This document shows, piece after piece, positions 23,342-36,225 of a stretch of 64,000 nt of DNA (the first letter of the stretch is position 1; every line of letters begins with the position of its first letter). A program made the position numbers and the translations under genes. The notes under the pieces were generated by a model, which did not search any database, had not been told where the DNA came from, and saw only the letters and a list, made by a program, of their open reading frames with translations. The stretch is from contig CM068743.1 in the NCBI GenBank assembly GCA_035084275.1, positions 18,600,001-18,664,000 on the forward strand. Reading direction: 5' to 3'. This DNA is from Hydrolagus colliei. Lineage: Eukaryota.

Positions 23342-25153
23342 CTACAAGTACTGATAGAATCGAGATTTGACAACTTGATTACTGGATAGTTTATGGGGAT
23401 GGGCATCAGCTGCTGAACTGAAATTGCTTTTGCTCTTGCTTTGGTGACCGTCACCATTCACTTGGCCTGACAATGAACCTGGACCTGACAGCGATACTGG
23501 GCTGGGTGATGCTGAAGAGGAAGGCCGACCGAGCTGAGAGCTGCTTGCTACTTCTCCACACAATGCACGAACCTTTGGGTGTGCTCCCTTGTCTGAGTTA
23601 ATATCCGCAGGTCTTGACTCGGGTGCCTTTCCTGGGTTCAATTCTGGTGTGCTACTGCGCAAGCGCTCTCGTGCAAGCCACTCTGTGATTGAGAGGTCCT
23701 GGGACTGACATTTTGGCTTCAAGCGATCCACCGCAGAGAGTTGACATTCTCCACTTGCACTGCCTGTATTGTTCTGAGAATTCTGTTCTTGTTCCTGTGC
23801 TCTCCAGTCATTCAGAACACTGAGCTCCGCAAAGTCTCTATGTCCTCCCAAAGTGTGTCTCCGCCTAATGTTCTTCTTCCTAGTGATGTCCCCAGAGCTC
23901 GGCTTGTTTACTCCTATTCCAAACATGTCATCTGCAGATGTCTTCAGACGCAGTTTTAATCGATCCGTAATTTTTAGCTTCCAAGGAGGTTCTACTTTCT
24001 CAGGTTCGTGCTTTGTGGATGAGGCTAGGCTGCTCATTGACTTGTCTTTCTTCATTACATCAACCAGCTTGGATCCTTTATTTGACTCATTCTGCTCCAC
24101 CGCTGTCTCAATTTCTTTCTTCAGTCGAATAGACTTCCTCTTGGACAGTGTATCGCATTCAATAAGCTTCCGCGAACTGAACATCCTCTGACTGTCTAAC
24201 CTTGGGGTAGAACTTCCTTCAGTTCCAGTCATGTCGCTTCCTTCGGAGCTCCTCCTATTATACTTTGCAGTTTCCTGCTTCGCTGCACAAGCACCCTTTT
24301 CGGGTGTATAACTTGCAGCGAAAACAGAAAAGTCACTGTCGCTGTCTGTTTCTATGTGGTGCTCTTCACTGACGAGTTCACTTCTCTCATCATCTGCTTC
24401 ATCTCCTTTACTTTCCGTCACTGAGCGTACTTCTGCATTCAGTGTGTGGGAATCCATGGCTGTCAGGTACGCAATAGAAGAAATTGTGGAATAGTCAGAT
24501 GTGATGGAGCTTACATCTGCAGTACCTGCCTCTAGGTTTCTGATTTCAGAGGGTTTCCATTTGTTTGTGTTGGTTTGCTGCAGAGAGACCTGAGAATCGT
24601 TGGTGATCATAGTGCTTGTGTCAGAGGCCATATTGTCAGTCTTGGAGTTCACCTTACTGACAGAAACCTCAGGAGGGCAAATGGATATTGTGCTTGCAAT
24701 CAATTGTGAGCTAAGATGATAGCTGATTTTAGGTGAGTCTGTGGGTTTTGGACAGTGGGGGGTAGGGATCTGCTCTGGCTGCCTTTTTCCTCCTTCCGCT
24801 GAGGCTGGTATGCCTATTCCTTTTTTTTCAATCAATATCACAGATGAAGAGTACCTTTTTCCACCCGGCGTTTGTTTCTCTTGCTGCTCACTACCTTTGT
24901 TGACCCTTGTTCCCTTTGGTTCAGATGAGTCAATATCATTTTCGGGTTCTCTTTTAATCGCCAATTCTTTCATTGGGCTGCTGTGGGAATGGCTGGATAG
25001 CCCTTTCCTGGAAAACCCACTTTCTAACTCATCTTCTGAGCTGCTTTGTAGTGGTTTTATATCCTTTTTCTTTCTCTTGCGGCTGGCTGCAGCAAGGATG
25101 GATGATACAAGCAGATCCCTGCCATACTGATCCTTCCCGGATCCCCGAGAACC
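23342..25153 (-). CDS. ARHGAP21: ARHGAP21 last coding exon (603 aa plus stop), GSRGSGKDQYGRDLLVSSILAAASRKRKK...SRFYQYL*
   Basis: Acceptor ttgacag|GGT in frame with ORF 23342-24973. Motifs SSITSDYSTISS, ADDERSELVSE, RKLIECDTLSKRKS, WKLKITDRLKLRLK, RRRHTLGGHRD, AHPHKLS...RFYQYL. Confidence 0.95.
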   Translation of the reverse strand, partial: GSRGSGKDQYGRDLLVSSILAAASRKRKKKDIKPLQSSSEDELESGFSRKGLSSHSHSSPMKELAIKREPENDIDSSEPKGTRVNKGSEQQEKQTPGGKRYSSSVILIEKKGIGIPASAEGGKRQPEQIPTPHCPKPTDSPKISYHLSSQLIASTISICPPEVSVSKVNSKTDNMASDTSTMITNDSQVSLQQTNTNKWKPSEIRNLEAGTADVSSITSDYSTISSIAYLTAMDSHTLNAEVRSVTESKGDEADDERSELVSEEHHIETDSDSDFSVFAASYTPEKGACAAKQETAKYNRRSSEGSDMTGTEGSSTPRLDSQRMFSSRKLIECDTLSKRKSIRLKKEIETAVEQNESNKGSKLVDVMKKDKSMSSLASSTKHEPEKVEPPWKLKITDRLKLRLKTSADDMFGIGVNKPSSGDITRKKNIRRRHTLGGHRDFAELSVLNDWRAQEQEQNSQNNTGSASGECQLSAVDRLKPKCQSQDLSITEWLARERLRSSTPELNPGKAPESRPADINSDKGAHPKVRALCGEVASSSQLGRPSSSASPSPVSLSGPGSLSGQVNGDGHQSKSKSNFSSAADAHPHKLSSNQVVKSRFYQYL

Positions 25154-27102
25154 CTGTCAAATGAACAAAAAGAACATTTTGAAGTAACATCTGTAACACC
25201 ATTTTTTCCCCCCTCAAACAAGGATATTAACAAACTCCAAAACATTTCAATTAAGAGTTCTGTTCAATACTGGAACACAATGGTTTACATAAATATATTA
25301 AATAGTACTGTTTTTAACAACACTGGTCGTATTTTCGGAGTGGAGATAAACATTGAAACATATTACATATGCTGAAGATAATGCATCACCTGTATTGTGG
25401 ATTAGCCAGTAAATAGAACCATGTGCGTGGATTTGTTTTTCTAATGGTTCTTTCACAGGTTCATGTCACTTTGAAGAAAGTGTAAAAGCCAAAAGGAAAG
25501 GTAGGAATGTAACATACAATGGATTCAGCTCAATGTAAAAAAAACTACAAGTTTCTAATTTTAATGCATTGGTACCAAGGAGGACAGATATGACAAGCAA
25601 GAGGAACTGTTGAGTGGGAAGATGCAGTGGTTTTTGGTGTCAAAAGTTCCATGAAAGTTTTCAGTGTTCATAGTATAAACAGGGCACTGCAATGAACCAA
25701 CAGACACCAACTTCCAATGCAATACAAGTATGACTCCAGGGTCAGCTACAACAGGACATTAGGTATAATCTCAATTCTATCCCCAAGAGATACATTCATT
25801 ATCTCATTACAATCTGAAAATTTCAGAGCATCACTGCTAAATTAAAACTATAATCACAAACGCAATTGTGCTACACTTAATTTGTGACGAAGAGCTCATT
25901 ACAACAAAACTTTCCAACTATTTGAAGGTAGTTGTAACTGCCAGTCCTTTTTAGAACCCACGTTACACTAGTTTGGTTGCAGGGTAGGAAGATTCAAAAT
26001 GAAAATGATCAGTTTAGAGTCTGCAACATGGGGCAAGATCAGAAATGGTCCCACTGGAGCTGAGGAAGAGTTCAATGCTTAGTTTTTGGATTTCTCAACA
26101 CAACAAGAAAATGTTTGCTGATACATAGGGGGATGATCAGCACATCCCTCGTCATCTTAAATCGTGTTCGGTTGATGGTCTTGGAGAGTCTATTTGAAAA
26201 TTCTGAAAAGCGTGTGTTTTAAGAAATGCTGAATATAGGCAGCTATCAGTTTTTCACTGGAATAGATTTTACCTTTACTCTTGATAATGCTACCCCTGGG
26301 GAAATGTCATGACAATTTACTACCTAATGTCCTCAGCAGATAATTACTGCGGTTGAAAGACAACACAATGCATAAAAATTATGCACCAAAACCTTGTCAT
26401 AAACTACTAGTAATACCACTTTTTGTTCCAGTTCATTTCTTTACCTGTTATTTGCTAGTCCTGCAAAAAGAAAATTTCAAGTTAGCCTCAACTACTTACC
26501 AGCATTTTAAACAAAAGCAAAAATTAAATGTGAAAAAATTATCGTCTTTCTCTTACTGTCTACTGTGGCAAATGCAAATCACATTTCTCCAAGCACTGTA
26601 ATACAATGCAGTATGAAGATTTGAATGGCAGTCATTAGTGCTTACTGAAAAACTTTTCTGAATACGACTCCAAATACACTTTTATTGAAGAGAATGGCCT
26701 GCAACGATATTGCTCAGAAATATATATATATTTTTAAAATAGTTTTTGTTCCTTTCTTGTAGTTCTGCAAACAAATTTCTGTGTTAGTGCAACCTAGCGT
26801 GTGTAGCAAAGTCTTCTCCATGTTCCTTCATTAACACAGGTTGGGATAGATGCAATAGCCAGCCAATTCTTCCCACCTCTGTAAACATGCCACTACTGTA
26901 GGTAAATTGGTGGCAGAATGGAGGAAGTGGGGAAACAAGGACTGAAAATACAGACCTGAAAGGTGCAGCAGCAACTAACCTTTGCCTAATACAAGGAAAT
27001 TCCTGTTGCATTTTACTTTGCAAATGGTCAGTTCTGAATAATCAATTCTACTGCTACAAAACAATTGTGTCATAAAAAGTTGTACTAAAAAGCATCCTAG
27101 TT

Positions 27103-27336
27103 AATAATAATAATCTTTGCATTTAATATAACTCTTTTTATGTCTTCTAGACATCTCAGAACTCTTCACAGAGTACAATATAAAGTTAATTGACTGTATA
27201 TATGTGGGCCAAACCCGGTAGCCAATTGTGCAAGGCAGTGTCCCATTTTAATTGAAATGGTCGTGGATTGAAATGAACTGAACTCAGGTCTCTCGCTTGT
27301 AATGCAAGTGCTCTAACCACTGAGCTACAGGACTCC
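27103..27336 (-). mobile_element. Deu-type tRNA SINE (internally deleted), preceded by the same leader
   Basis: Reverse-complement head ctctaaccactgagctacaggactcc and tail aataataatc. Confidence 0.85.
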
Positions 27337-28559
27337 ACAAATAAGCATCAATTAAGCATTTTAAAACACAACTGCGTTTATGGATCTTCAGATTTTTAGA
27401 GCATTTTTTTCCACGGCGGAAAGTAAAAAGAAGGCATTCCATGTAACAAATGGGTTGTTGTAAAACTATAAACACAAGAAGTTTGAATGATGATGCCATC
27501 CTATCCAGTTTGATCTCATCCTTACAGAATTATTTTTTGGTGTGCATTTTGACTAACCACAAAGATCCACAATACACCACCATTTAAGAATTAATATTAG
27601 ATAGCCCATTTGTGAACTGAAAATATGAATAATTTTGTAGTGCTACAAAGCTGTTTATATTGATGCCAATTTTTAAAATTAAGCATGACTTATTAGTTTG
27701 CTTTTCATTTGTCATGGTCTTCCTCATTTTTGAAAGAAATTAACCCTAAACATACAAATAGAATAAAGATCAAATCACAATGACATCCCCTATGACTGGG
27801 CACTCTTCCTCGTCTCTATGTACTAAGGCTTCATTGTAGGCTGTACCTTGCTTCTTTGCGCTGAGGGCACAGTGATAAGATAATGTGTAAAGCAACTGTT
27901 TTTAATCACGGTCATTGTGGACGTCAGGAATGTTACAATTACACACTGTTGGAATGTTTGCTCCTATAAGCTGGATTCCCTGAGCCCTATAGTTTAATAA
28001 GTACCTCTGGCTGTCGGTTTTGATGAAGGCTTTTATTCAGAAACGTGACTGTGATCGCTAATTCTGAATAATTCCAGTTGGTCATCACTGAATTGATTGC
28101 CCACAAATGAAAGCTAAATTTGTCAGCTTAGGCTTTTTCTATTGAGGGTATCAGACTCGTCTACTTGTCTAAGCATCTGTTCTGCCAAACCTGCATGATG
28201 TGGGAGCTCCTAGAAGCTTTTCTTGTCGGGGGAGAACACACATGTGGGAGGCATCTTCTGCTGTTTGCCCTTGAGTTCAAAGTCTCTGACCTTGAGGATC
28301 AGCTGGTGACGTTGTGACACATGCAAGTTGGAAAGGTTCCTGGAATGCACACTTGAGGAGGTGGCCACCCCATAAACAAGTACGTAGGTAACCATTCCCC
28401 AGAACAAGTAGGACTAGGACTAGTACGGGACAGTGCAGGGGATCCTTTAGTGTTAAACAGGTGTGAAGCAGTAAATAAATGTAGGATGTACAACATCAAT
28501 AATGGAAGGCAACTGTGAACAATGCCATAGCCCTTTGTGCTATGGCATTCCTGCCAAAA

Positions 28560-29010
28560 TTCAAGTCGACAAATGCAGTAGTGATGGGAAACTCCTCAGT
28601 CAGGGGAGTAGAAAAGGTGTTTTTGTAACCGAAACCATCAGTCCCGAATGGCGCCTTGCCTCCAAGTGTCAAGGTAAGTGACATAATGGAATAGGTACAC
28701 AAGATTTTGGAAAGATTAGGGAGAATAGTCAGATTTAGTGACATGGGAAGTCGGAAAGGGTAGTTTCAAGTATGACAAAGGCATTTTCAGCAGTTGGGAG
28801 ATAGATTGAAGAGCAGGAGATCAAGGATCGTAAGCTCAGAGTGCTTCCAGTACCATGTGCAGCAATAGGGAGATCAAGGAGGTAAGTGTGTGGTTAGAGA
28901 GATGATGCAGGAGGGAAGTTTCATACATCTCAAGACATTGGGAGCAATTTTAGGGTAGCTATGATCTAGAGAGGATGGATGAACAGGGATGGGACCAATC
29001 TCCTTCACAA
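28560..29010 (+). mobile_element. CR1 LINE ORF1 (esterase-like) remnant
   Basis: Degenerate VVMGNSSVRGVE...LPP..VKVSDI and a later DG..L region typical of CR1 ORF1 SGNH-type esterase. Confidence 0.5.
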
Positions 29011-31054
29011 CCTTTAGACCAAACAGACCAACAACAGCCCACATTCTCCCTATGCACTGTGCTCCACAAGTTCACCTCCAACATATGCACTTGGCTCCCT
29101 AACTCCCGGCTTATCAATTTAAGATCCTTGTATATCAGCACCTTGTGACATCCTCCTGACGTGAAAGGCACTATACAAGTGTAATTTTGTTGTTGTTGTT
29201 GTACATTTCTTCCATTGTCACTTTGCCTCACCTAACTGTGTGATCCCCTGTGAGCTGTAACCCTGGGTATTCCTTCCTCTGCAAATTCCAATCATTTTCA
29301 AGTCCTCTGTTTGCTCCACCATCAGCAGGCAAGCTTTCAGTCATTTTCACCCCATGATCTGGAACTCTCTGCTCTCCCATGTTTTCATTCACTTATGCAA
29401 TCATCTCTGGCCCTAACTCTTCCATTCTGGTTTAATTACTTGCTCCCATTTCCAATCAATTCACCTCCAGTGAATGAGTCTTTGGACTCCTGTCCCTCTG
29501 GAACTCTTCCCAAACCACTTCTCTTTGTGGCTTCTCACTGGCTTAAAAAAAAACTGATCTGTTCAACTGTGTGTTCAACATCTTTAATTTGAACATTTCC
29601 AGTAAAATTACCACTAAGTGGTGGGGCATCATTATAATTTGTGTTTTTTAGTTTTTTTCCTACATTTCCAAGTTGATGGTGCTGATTTCTAAAATGGAGA
29701 TTGGAATAATACCATTGTGAGCTACACTTCTGTTGGAGCAATCTATAGTCGCCTATGTATGCAATTCAAAAATTATTGTGCCACCAGAGCTTAGACAAGT
29801 AATGCTTCACTCACAATCTGCATCTATGACTGTTGTGGACTATTCTACTCGAATGATGTTGAAGCCACATCTTGTGTCAAACTCTGAATTGATCACAGGA
29901 GTCTGCAGTTGGCAAAGACCATCAGAAATTAATGGTAGGTCAAACGGATGCACCGGTATTTTGCATTATGAAAGGCAGGACAAGGTGAATAGGGGAAAAC
30001 TGTTCCCTTTAGTTAAGAACTGGCAACAAAGAGACACAGTCTCAGGATTCTTAATACTGTAAAAGAAACAGGGAAGAAATTAGAAACTATTTCTTCACTC
30101 AGAAGATTGCCCACCATCGGCAGCATAACCAGTAAGTGGAAACTTAACACTTCTCTGTAGAACTAGACTCTTGTTTATTGTCTCTACGCAAAGATAAAGC
30201 ACATTCTGATAGTCCTGCATCCAGGGTCACCTTTCAGCTAATGTCTAGTCAGTTGTGTCTAGTCTTTGTGCAAAAGGACTTCACATTTCAAAAGGTCATC
30301 ATGCAATGATTGAAAATAGGAAAGATAACGTCATACATGGTGGTCTTTGTGAAGGATCTGAAGCAATGCTATAACTGGGAACTGGTACTCACCGTGGCTG
30401 AGGAAGCATCTACTGAGTCAGCCAAATCAGTGTAAGCTTCAGTGGGCTCAGTGTAAACTCAAAAATGTCAGCGCAAAAGATGGTAAAAAGACGTTTTAGG
30501 TTAAAAAAAAACAAAATACACTTGAAGAAAAGCCCCCTACTTGAACAAGACAGTAAAAATAAAACTTAGTTACGAAAGCTGAACAAAACACGAATAAATG
30601 CCAATTTACAAATTCTTCTATTTTGAAGAGAGATTTAACTGCTGGAGAAAGAACCAAGGACAGGATCCAGAATAAAGCCTTATTCTCAACATGGTGGGCA
30701 AAAAATCATTTGGTCGCATCAAGCACAAAGTTCTTGTGTTTCTTCTCACACCAGAAACCATATAAAAATCCACACCTCTTCTCTCCCCAGTTATCAATTG
30801 CTGAATTAACAGAAACGTTAAGCTCTCTTCTCCCCATTCTGGGAGTAGACAAGAGAAACCTTACCCACCATGATGACATATCCTGTCTACTGGATCCCAT
30901 CAATGAAAACTCATGCATTCGGAATTGGAAAAATACAACTAAAACATCAATTGGACAAGCCATGCATCTACTTAATCATCCTGAATACCATGGAGCAAAT
31001 ATTTGAAAAGTTATATATACATCGCTGTTCAGAGGAACACTTTAATACTATGTC

Positions 31055-31566
31055 TGCCTTGAGAGGGAGTGCAGCGTAGGTTTATTAGGTTAGTACATGG
31101 AATGAGGGGGATGAGTTATGACGATAGGTTGATTAATTTGGGCCTATATTCTCTGGAATATAGAAGAATTAGAGGGGATCTTATAGAAACCTGTAACATT
31201 ATTAAGGGGCACGACAAAGTAGATAGTCGGAGATTGTTTCCCCTGGTTGGAGAATCTAAAACCAGGGGTCACACTCTTAAAGTTAGGGGTCAGCCCTTTC
31301 ACACTGAGTTGAGAAAAAACTTCTTCACTCAGAGGGTGGTGAATGTATGGAATTCTTTACCTCAAAGAGCTGTTGATGCTCAGTCCTTGAATATATTCAA
31401 GACTGAATCAGATAGATTTCTCATTTATAAAGGGATTAAGGGATATGGGGATAAGGCAGGTAGCTGGAGTTAGAGTAGAATATCAGCCATGATTGAATGG
31501 CGGGGCAGGCTCGATGAGCCGAATGGCCTACTCCTGCTCCTATTTCTTATGTTCTTAAGTTCTTAA
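31055..31566 (+). mobile_element. CR1 LINE 3' end (ORF2 C-terminus plus tail)
   Basis: ORF 31069-31473 QRRFIRL...LGLYSLEYRRIRGDLIE...TRGH...FFTQRVVNVWNSLP, tail atggcctactcctgctcctatttcttatgttctta. Confidence 0.93.
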
Positions 31567-31984
31567 GAGGAAAATTGTGGGATCCACAATGCAATGATTG
31601 GAATTAGGCCAAATCGTGATTTAAACTTTAGGTTCAGAGCTAAGCCCTAGTTTTCAACATTAAATCATATCTGTTATTTTGTTACAGCAGCTTCCTAACG
31701 GCACTAAAATGATTGGCTTCAGATTTATTTTAATATAAAACTTGCTTTCAAAATTGTCTCCCTTTATTACTGACAAAATGTAAAATGAATAGGCATAAAG
31801 TACTTTTTGTACATTTCACAAAACTCAATTAAGAAATATAATAATGCTAATGAAGTACTTAGTAGGGCCTCTTGTTTTTAAACACTTTCACAGTTCACTT
31901 GTTCTGTATATACAGTTATACTCAACTGGAAAAAAATATTTTCATGAATTATTCACATTTTATTAGAAGCTCTTAAATTCTCAC

Positions 31985-32016
31985 CTTAGATTTTGCTGAA
32001 TCACTAGTGGTTGAAT
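31985..32016 (-). CDS. ARHGAP21: ARHGAP21 32-nt exon (D)STTSDSAKSK
   Basis: ttatag|AT...AAG|gtgag, phase 1/0. Matches recalled DSATSDSTKSK. Confidence 0.85.
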
Positions 32017-34486
32017 CTATAAGAAAGACAAGAAAGGTGTCATTAGATTGATTGTTTCATTTAATCTGGGGCATAAATATTCATTGTAGCCAAGATCAAA
32101 AATGACCAAACTATATGACTGCAAATCGGCAATAGAAAAGGGCACAGCGTGGAAACTCAGAACTCGCTGAGATGAAAAGCAGCACAGACAGCCACCACCA
32201 TGAAAGTATGCCGTGAATTGTGGGTACAACCAGCTCAATGAGAGGGATGGCAAAGGGACCCTGTTCTCTTAAAAAACGGAACACAATTAACAATAACTAA
32301 TTGAACAATTTAACTCCGTATTCATTCACTGCCAAACTCAGTGCCTTTATTTTAATTCAAATTTGTTCTTATCACTTCCTTTAACAGTAATTAGACACTC
32401 CTAAATTCTGAATACACTGGTATCTTCCCATGATAGGTTCACAAAAAAGTATATGACACTGTAAGGGACTAGAATATTTACTAGCCACTTTTTAAAAGTA
32501 ACTTACGAGAGTTGCTTACCCATAAGATAATAATGCTTTTTAAAAGACTGCAAAACTAAAATAATGCATGGAACTCAAGACAGAAAAAGTCATATGATAA
32601 TATATTCAAGGCACATTCAATGATGTTAGTTACAATCATATTAGAGGAACATCAATAACTCTCAAATTTGATAAAGAGAAGGGAGTCATGATGAAATGTA
32701 GAATGAAGGCTGCCAAAACAGATTCACTATGGGGCAACAGCAGAGGCTAAAAAAATTATGAGAGGGGGCAGAAAGGGGCTAGCCTGGTAATCCAATTGAA
32801 TATGTACATGTTTTAAGAAATTGATGAATATTTTTAAAACGTGATAATGTAAAACTACTGCTGCATTGCACTTTGCAAGGCTATGAGACAGACGGAGAGA
32901 CAAGCCCCCAGCCACACCCCTTTTGAAACATGGTTTATGCTACACGACTATAAAAACTAGATGACCATACCATGCTATTTCTCCTCAAGGTCTGCTTCAG
33001 AAATGATAAGAAACAGCAGAAATACTTTAAGAAAGTAGTATTGGTCTTTTTGTTTAAAATAATCATAACAGCAAATTTACATCACAGACGACAATTTTCC
33101 ATTTACAAGAAACGGGGGTTTCTGCAGACAAGGCAGCTGCAGTGAGGACAACAATCATCCTTCTTCCTACAGTTCCAGGTGTCCATCAGTGACATCACAG
33201 AGTCCATCAGTGACATTACAGTGTGATAGACTCCTCCAACTTCGCCTGTTTCAAGATCAGTATTGTGTAAATGCTGGAAAAAACCCTTGAACATTCAAGA
33301 CAGGAGCGACGCGACAAGTAGACAAGTTTGGGAAAAGAACATGCTGGGTTAGTTTGACGGTAGGTCCAACAACAAGCTTCAAATAGACAGATAACCTCCA
33401 AACCAAGCCTAACATGATGCTATTCAGAGTGAAGGCAAGAGACAGAGAAAAGGGAGGAGAGGGGGACAGTGTAAACATGTAAGAACTTACCATAGCAAAG
33501 GCAAAAAGTACAAATTATCGGGCAGTTCCAATACTTGAAATTATAGAATACAAGGAGAAGAACTTGCACATGTTTGATATGTAAATGGGAATTAACAATT
33601 GATTAAAAATCAAAAAAATTATAAGATGTTTCAGATTCAAGTGCAGGTTAGATACTGATGTTAACAGCTAAGAGGCCTCTTCTCGTGGTCCTGCTCAAAG
33701 TATACAGCATGCCTTAAAAAATACATATATTGCAACACATTTTTGAAGTGCCCCAATTTTTAAATGCATTCAATTCTTTTTCTATTCCATTTCTATTGAA
33801 TTCAAATACTATGAAGGCTTGGCTGGTTCAAAACCAATACAATTTCACAGTTTAATTTCAAAAGAGGACTGGAAAAAAATTAAATAACTGAATACTGTAC
33901 TTGGAATATTTTGTTAAAAACCCAGCCAGAGTATATCACAGAATTATATTACCCGACCAGTACATACACAGCACAATCTACATATCACAAAGGTATAACA
34001 GGCATAAGCATCCAAATCATCAAATCAGGGCAAGTCTCAACACTTCTTAAAAGTAACATGAAATGGATAAAACAGAGATTCTTACTGAAAACAACACTAA
34101 TAGGTAACATCTTTCTTGTTATATACAAATATTTTAAATGTCAGTATCCTAGTAATGATCTAGGTTCCTGAATACATGACTACAATAGTTGATTATGATT
34201 TTAAAAACTGAGCACATCGTTTTGTTAAAAACAGTATCTTTCAGCAAGATATTAAAACAATGGGTCTTTTAAAACACAAATTATAATTATGATAGCTAAC
34301 AATTATCTTTGAACACCTTAAAGCACTGAGTTTATAGTCCTTTCATATGATTTACTCCGTCTTTGCAGGTTTGAATAGGCAAATAAAAGCATTTCAGTCT
34401 TGAACTGTCTACTTCTGTAAGAGGCTGGTCAGTAACAATGACACTGTCCGTTACCGCAATCTGCAGTGTCTTGTTCAGGCAGTTAC

Positions 34487-34592
34487 CTGAAACATCTCCC
34501 GGAGTAGTTCCTGTTCTCCCAATGTTGGTTAGCAAATGATCTATGTTTGGCACTGGCTGTGTATCAACTGTGCTCCCTTCCTGGATTGGTGT
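34487..34592 (-). CDS. ARHGAP21: ARHGAP21 exon [35 protein letters not shown]
   Basis: tgtag|ACA...TCA G|gtaact, 106 nt, phase 0/1. Confidence 0.92.
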
Positions 34593-35939
34593 CTACATTC
34601 ACAAGAGTAAGAAGATCAGAACATTGCATTTGTTTGGGGGTGCAAAACACCCCACTAGCAATCTAAGAGTCTACATGACCACTACACCTCTACATTGTCT
34701 ACTGGTACATTTTCAGTTTATCACTGGATTCTCATCAATGAAACAGTCAAAGTAGGTTTAAAAACAAATATCCACAATTACGTCCAGCTTTTATTCTTTC
34801 AATGAATACGTGAGGGAAACTCTGAGGGGATGTGAGAAGAAATTATATTTTCAACCAGATTTCACATGACCTCTCATTACCATGTTTTACCGAAACTTTC
34901 ACTGTCAGTGCTCATGTTTGGTTCTTCTGACCAATACATAACATTTTAGGTTTAGACATGACAAATAACACCATTCCTAATAAAGTGACACCAATAGTGC
35001 AAATATTAGAAACATACATAATATGAAATAATTTGGAGCATGCCATCAATCAGAGGCATTGAGCGTGGCGCTTTAAAGGTAGAAAATAGGAAAACAATAT
35101 TGAACAAATTCTCTTTTAAGATGATTCAGCCACAAGGTGGTGCTGTATATCCACAAAATCCTTTAAAAATTCAGACCAAATTCACAGGCCATAAGTTATC
35201 CAATGGAGTCCGAAGAGACCCAGGAACAGTTAATGTTCTACGTTGAATGATTTGGGGGATTTCATTCGAAAACTCTGAAACAATATTGTTTTAAAGCATT
35301 ACAATTAATCCTTACAGTGTGGAATCAATACACAAAGCAAATCGTGTAGGATGCAATAAAGAAAGGTCATGTGGGCTTTAGCTGAAATCTTACAAGCTAC
35401 GTTGTGTAAAACTGTTTTTAGCAGCCTCAAATCATACAATTCATCATTTACTCCCATAAAGAAAAAAGTGAAACCAGTAAGTGATAACATTCTGTATGTT
35501 AGATATAATGAAAGTGAATTTGATTTTCCACAGCAGTTCATTTTTGAATACAAACATCTACTCAATGTTTTGAAACATCTACTCAATGTTTTAGTAGTAA
35601 TATTGTTGCAGGTGCCTGAATACCTATAGCATTAATATCTTGCTGGAATAAGTGGCTCGTATCCAAAGCTTCAAGACTGATGCATAACAAATGAGCAACA
35701 CAAATACTCTTTTAAATTGTGTGATGCCACAATAATATAGGAAGCCAGCTGGACACTACACTAAATGGTTATATTTCCATTGTAAGAATTTAAAGTAAGC
35801 TAATGACTACATACTTAACACAAATTGAAATCAGTAGGTAACCATTTTCTACGAAAGAATACTAAATGGGGTTGAGAGCAGGTACAATTTGGGGATTTTC
35901 ACACCCCCAATTAGTGTTGTAATTCTGATCGTTACTTAC

Positions 35940-35981
35940 TGTTGCATCTTCATCACCTTCTTCAGTGAAAAACCAGTCATA
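35940..35981 (-). CDS. ARHGAP21: ARHGAP21 exon YDWFFTEEGDEDAT (RhoGAP domain end)
   Basis: ttcag|TAT...ACA|gtaagt, 42 nt. Confidence 0.9.
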
Positions 35982-36066
35982 CTGAAAAATGTAAGCAAAT
36001 CAATCCTGGTTATAACTTAGTTGGCAATTTAATGGATACTTCTAACATTCAGAAGAACGTGGATTA

Positions 36067-36225
<159 letters not shown>

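Noticed and set aside
33491-33533. Strong - strand donor (ATG|gtaagt at 33490) with a possible 43-nt exon
   Set aside because: Weak acceptor, and the phase is incompatible with neighbouring ARHGAP21 exons.
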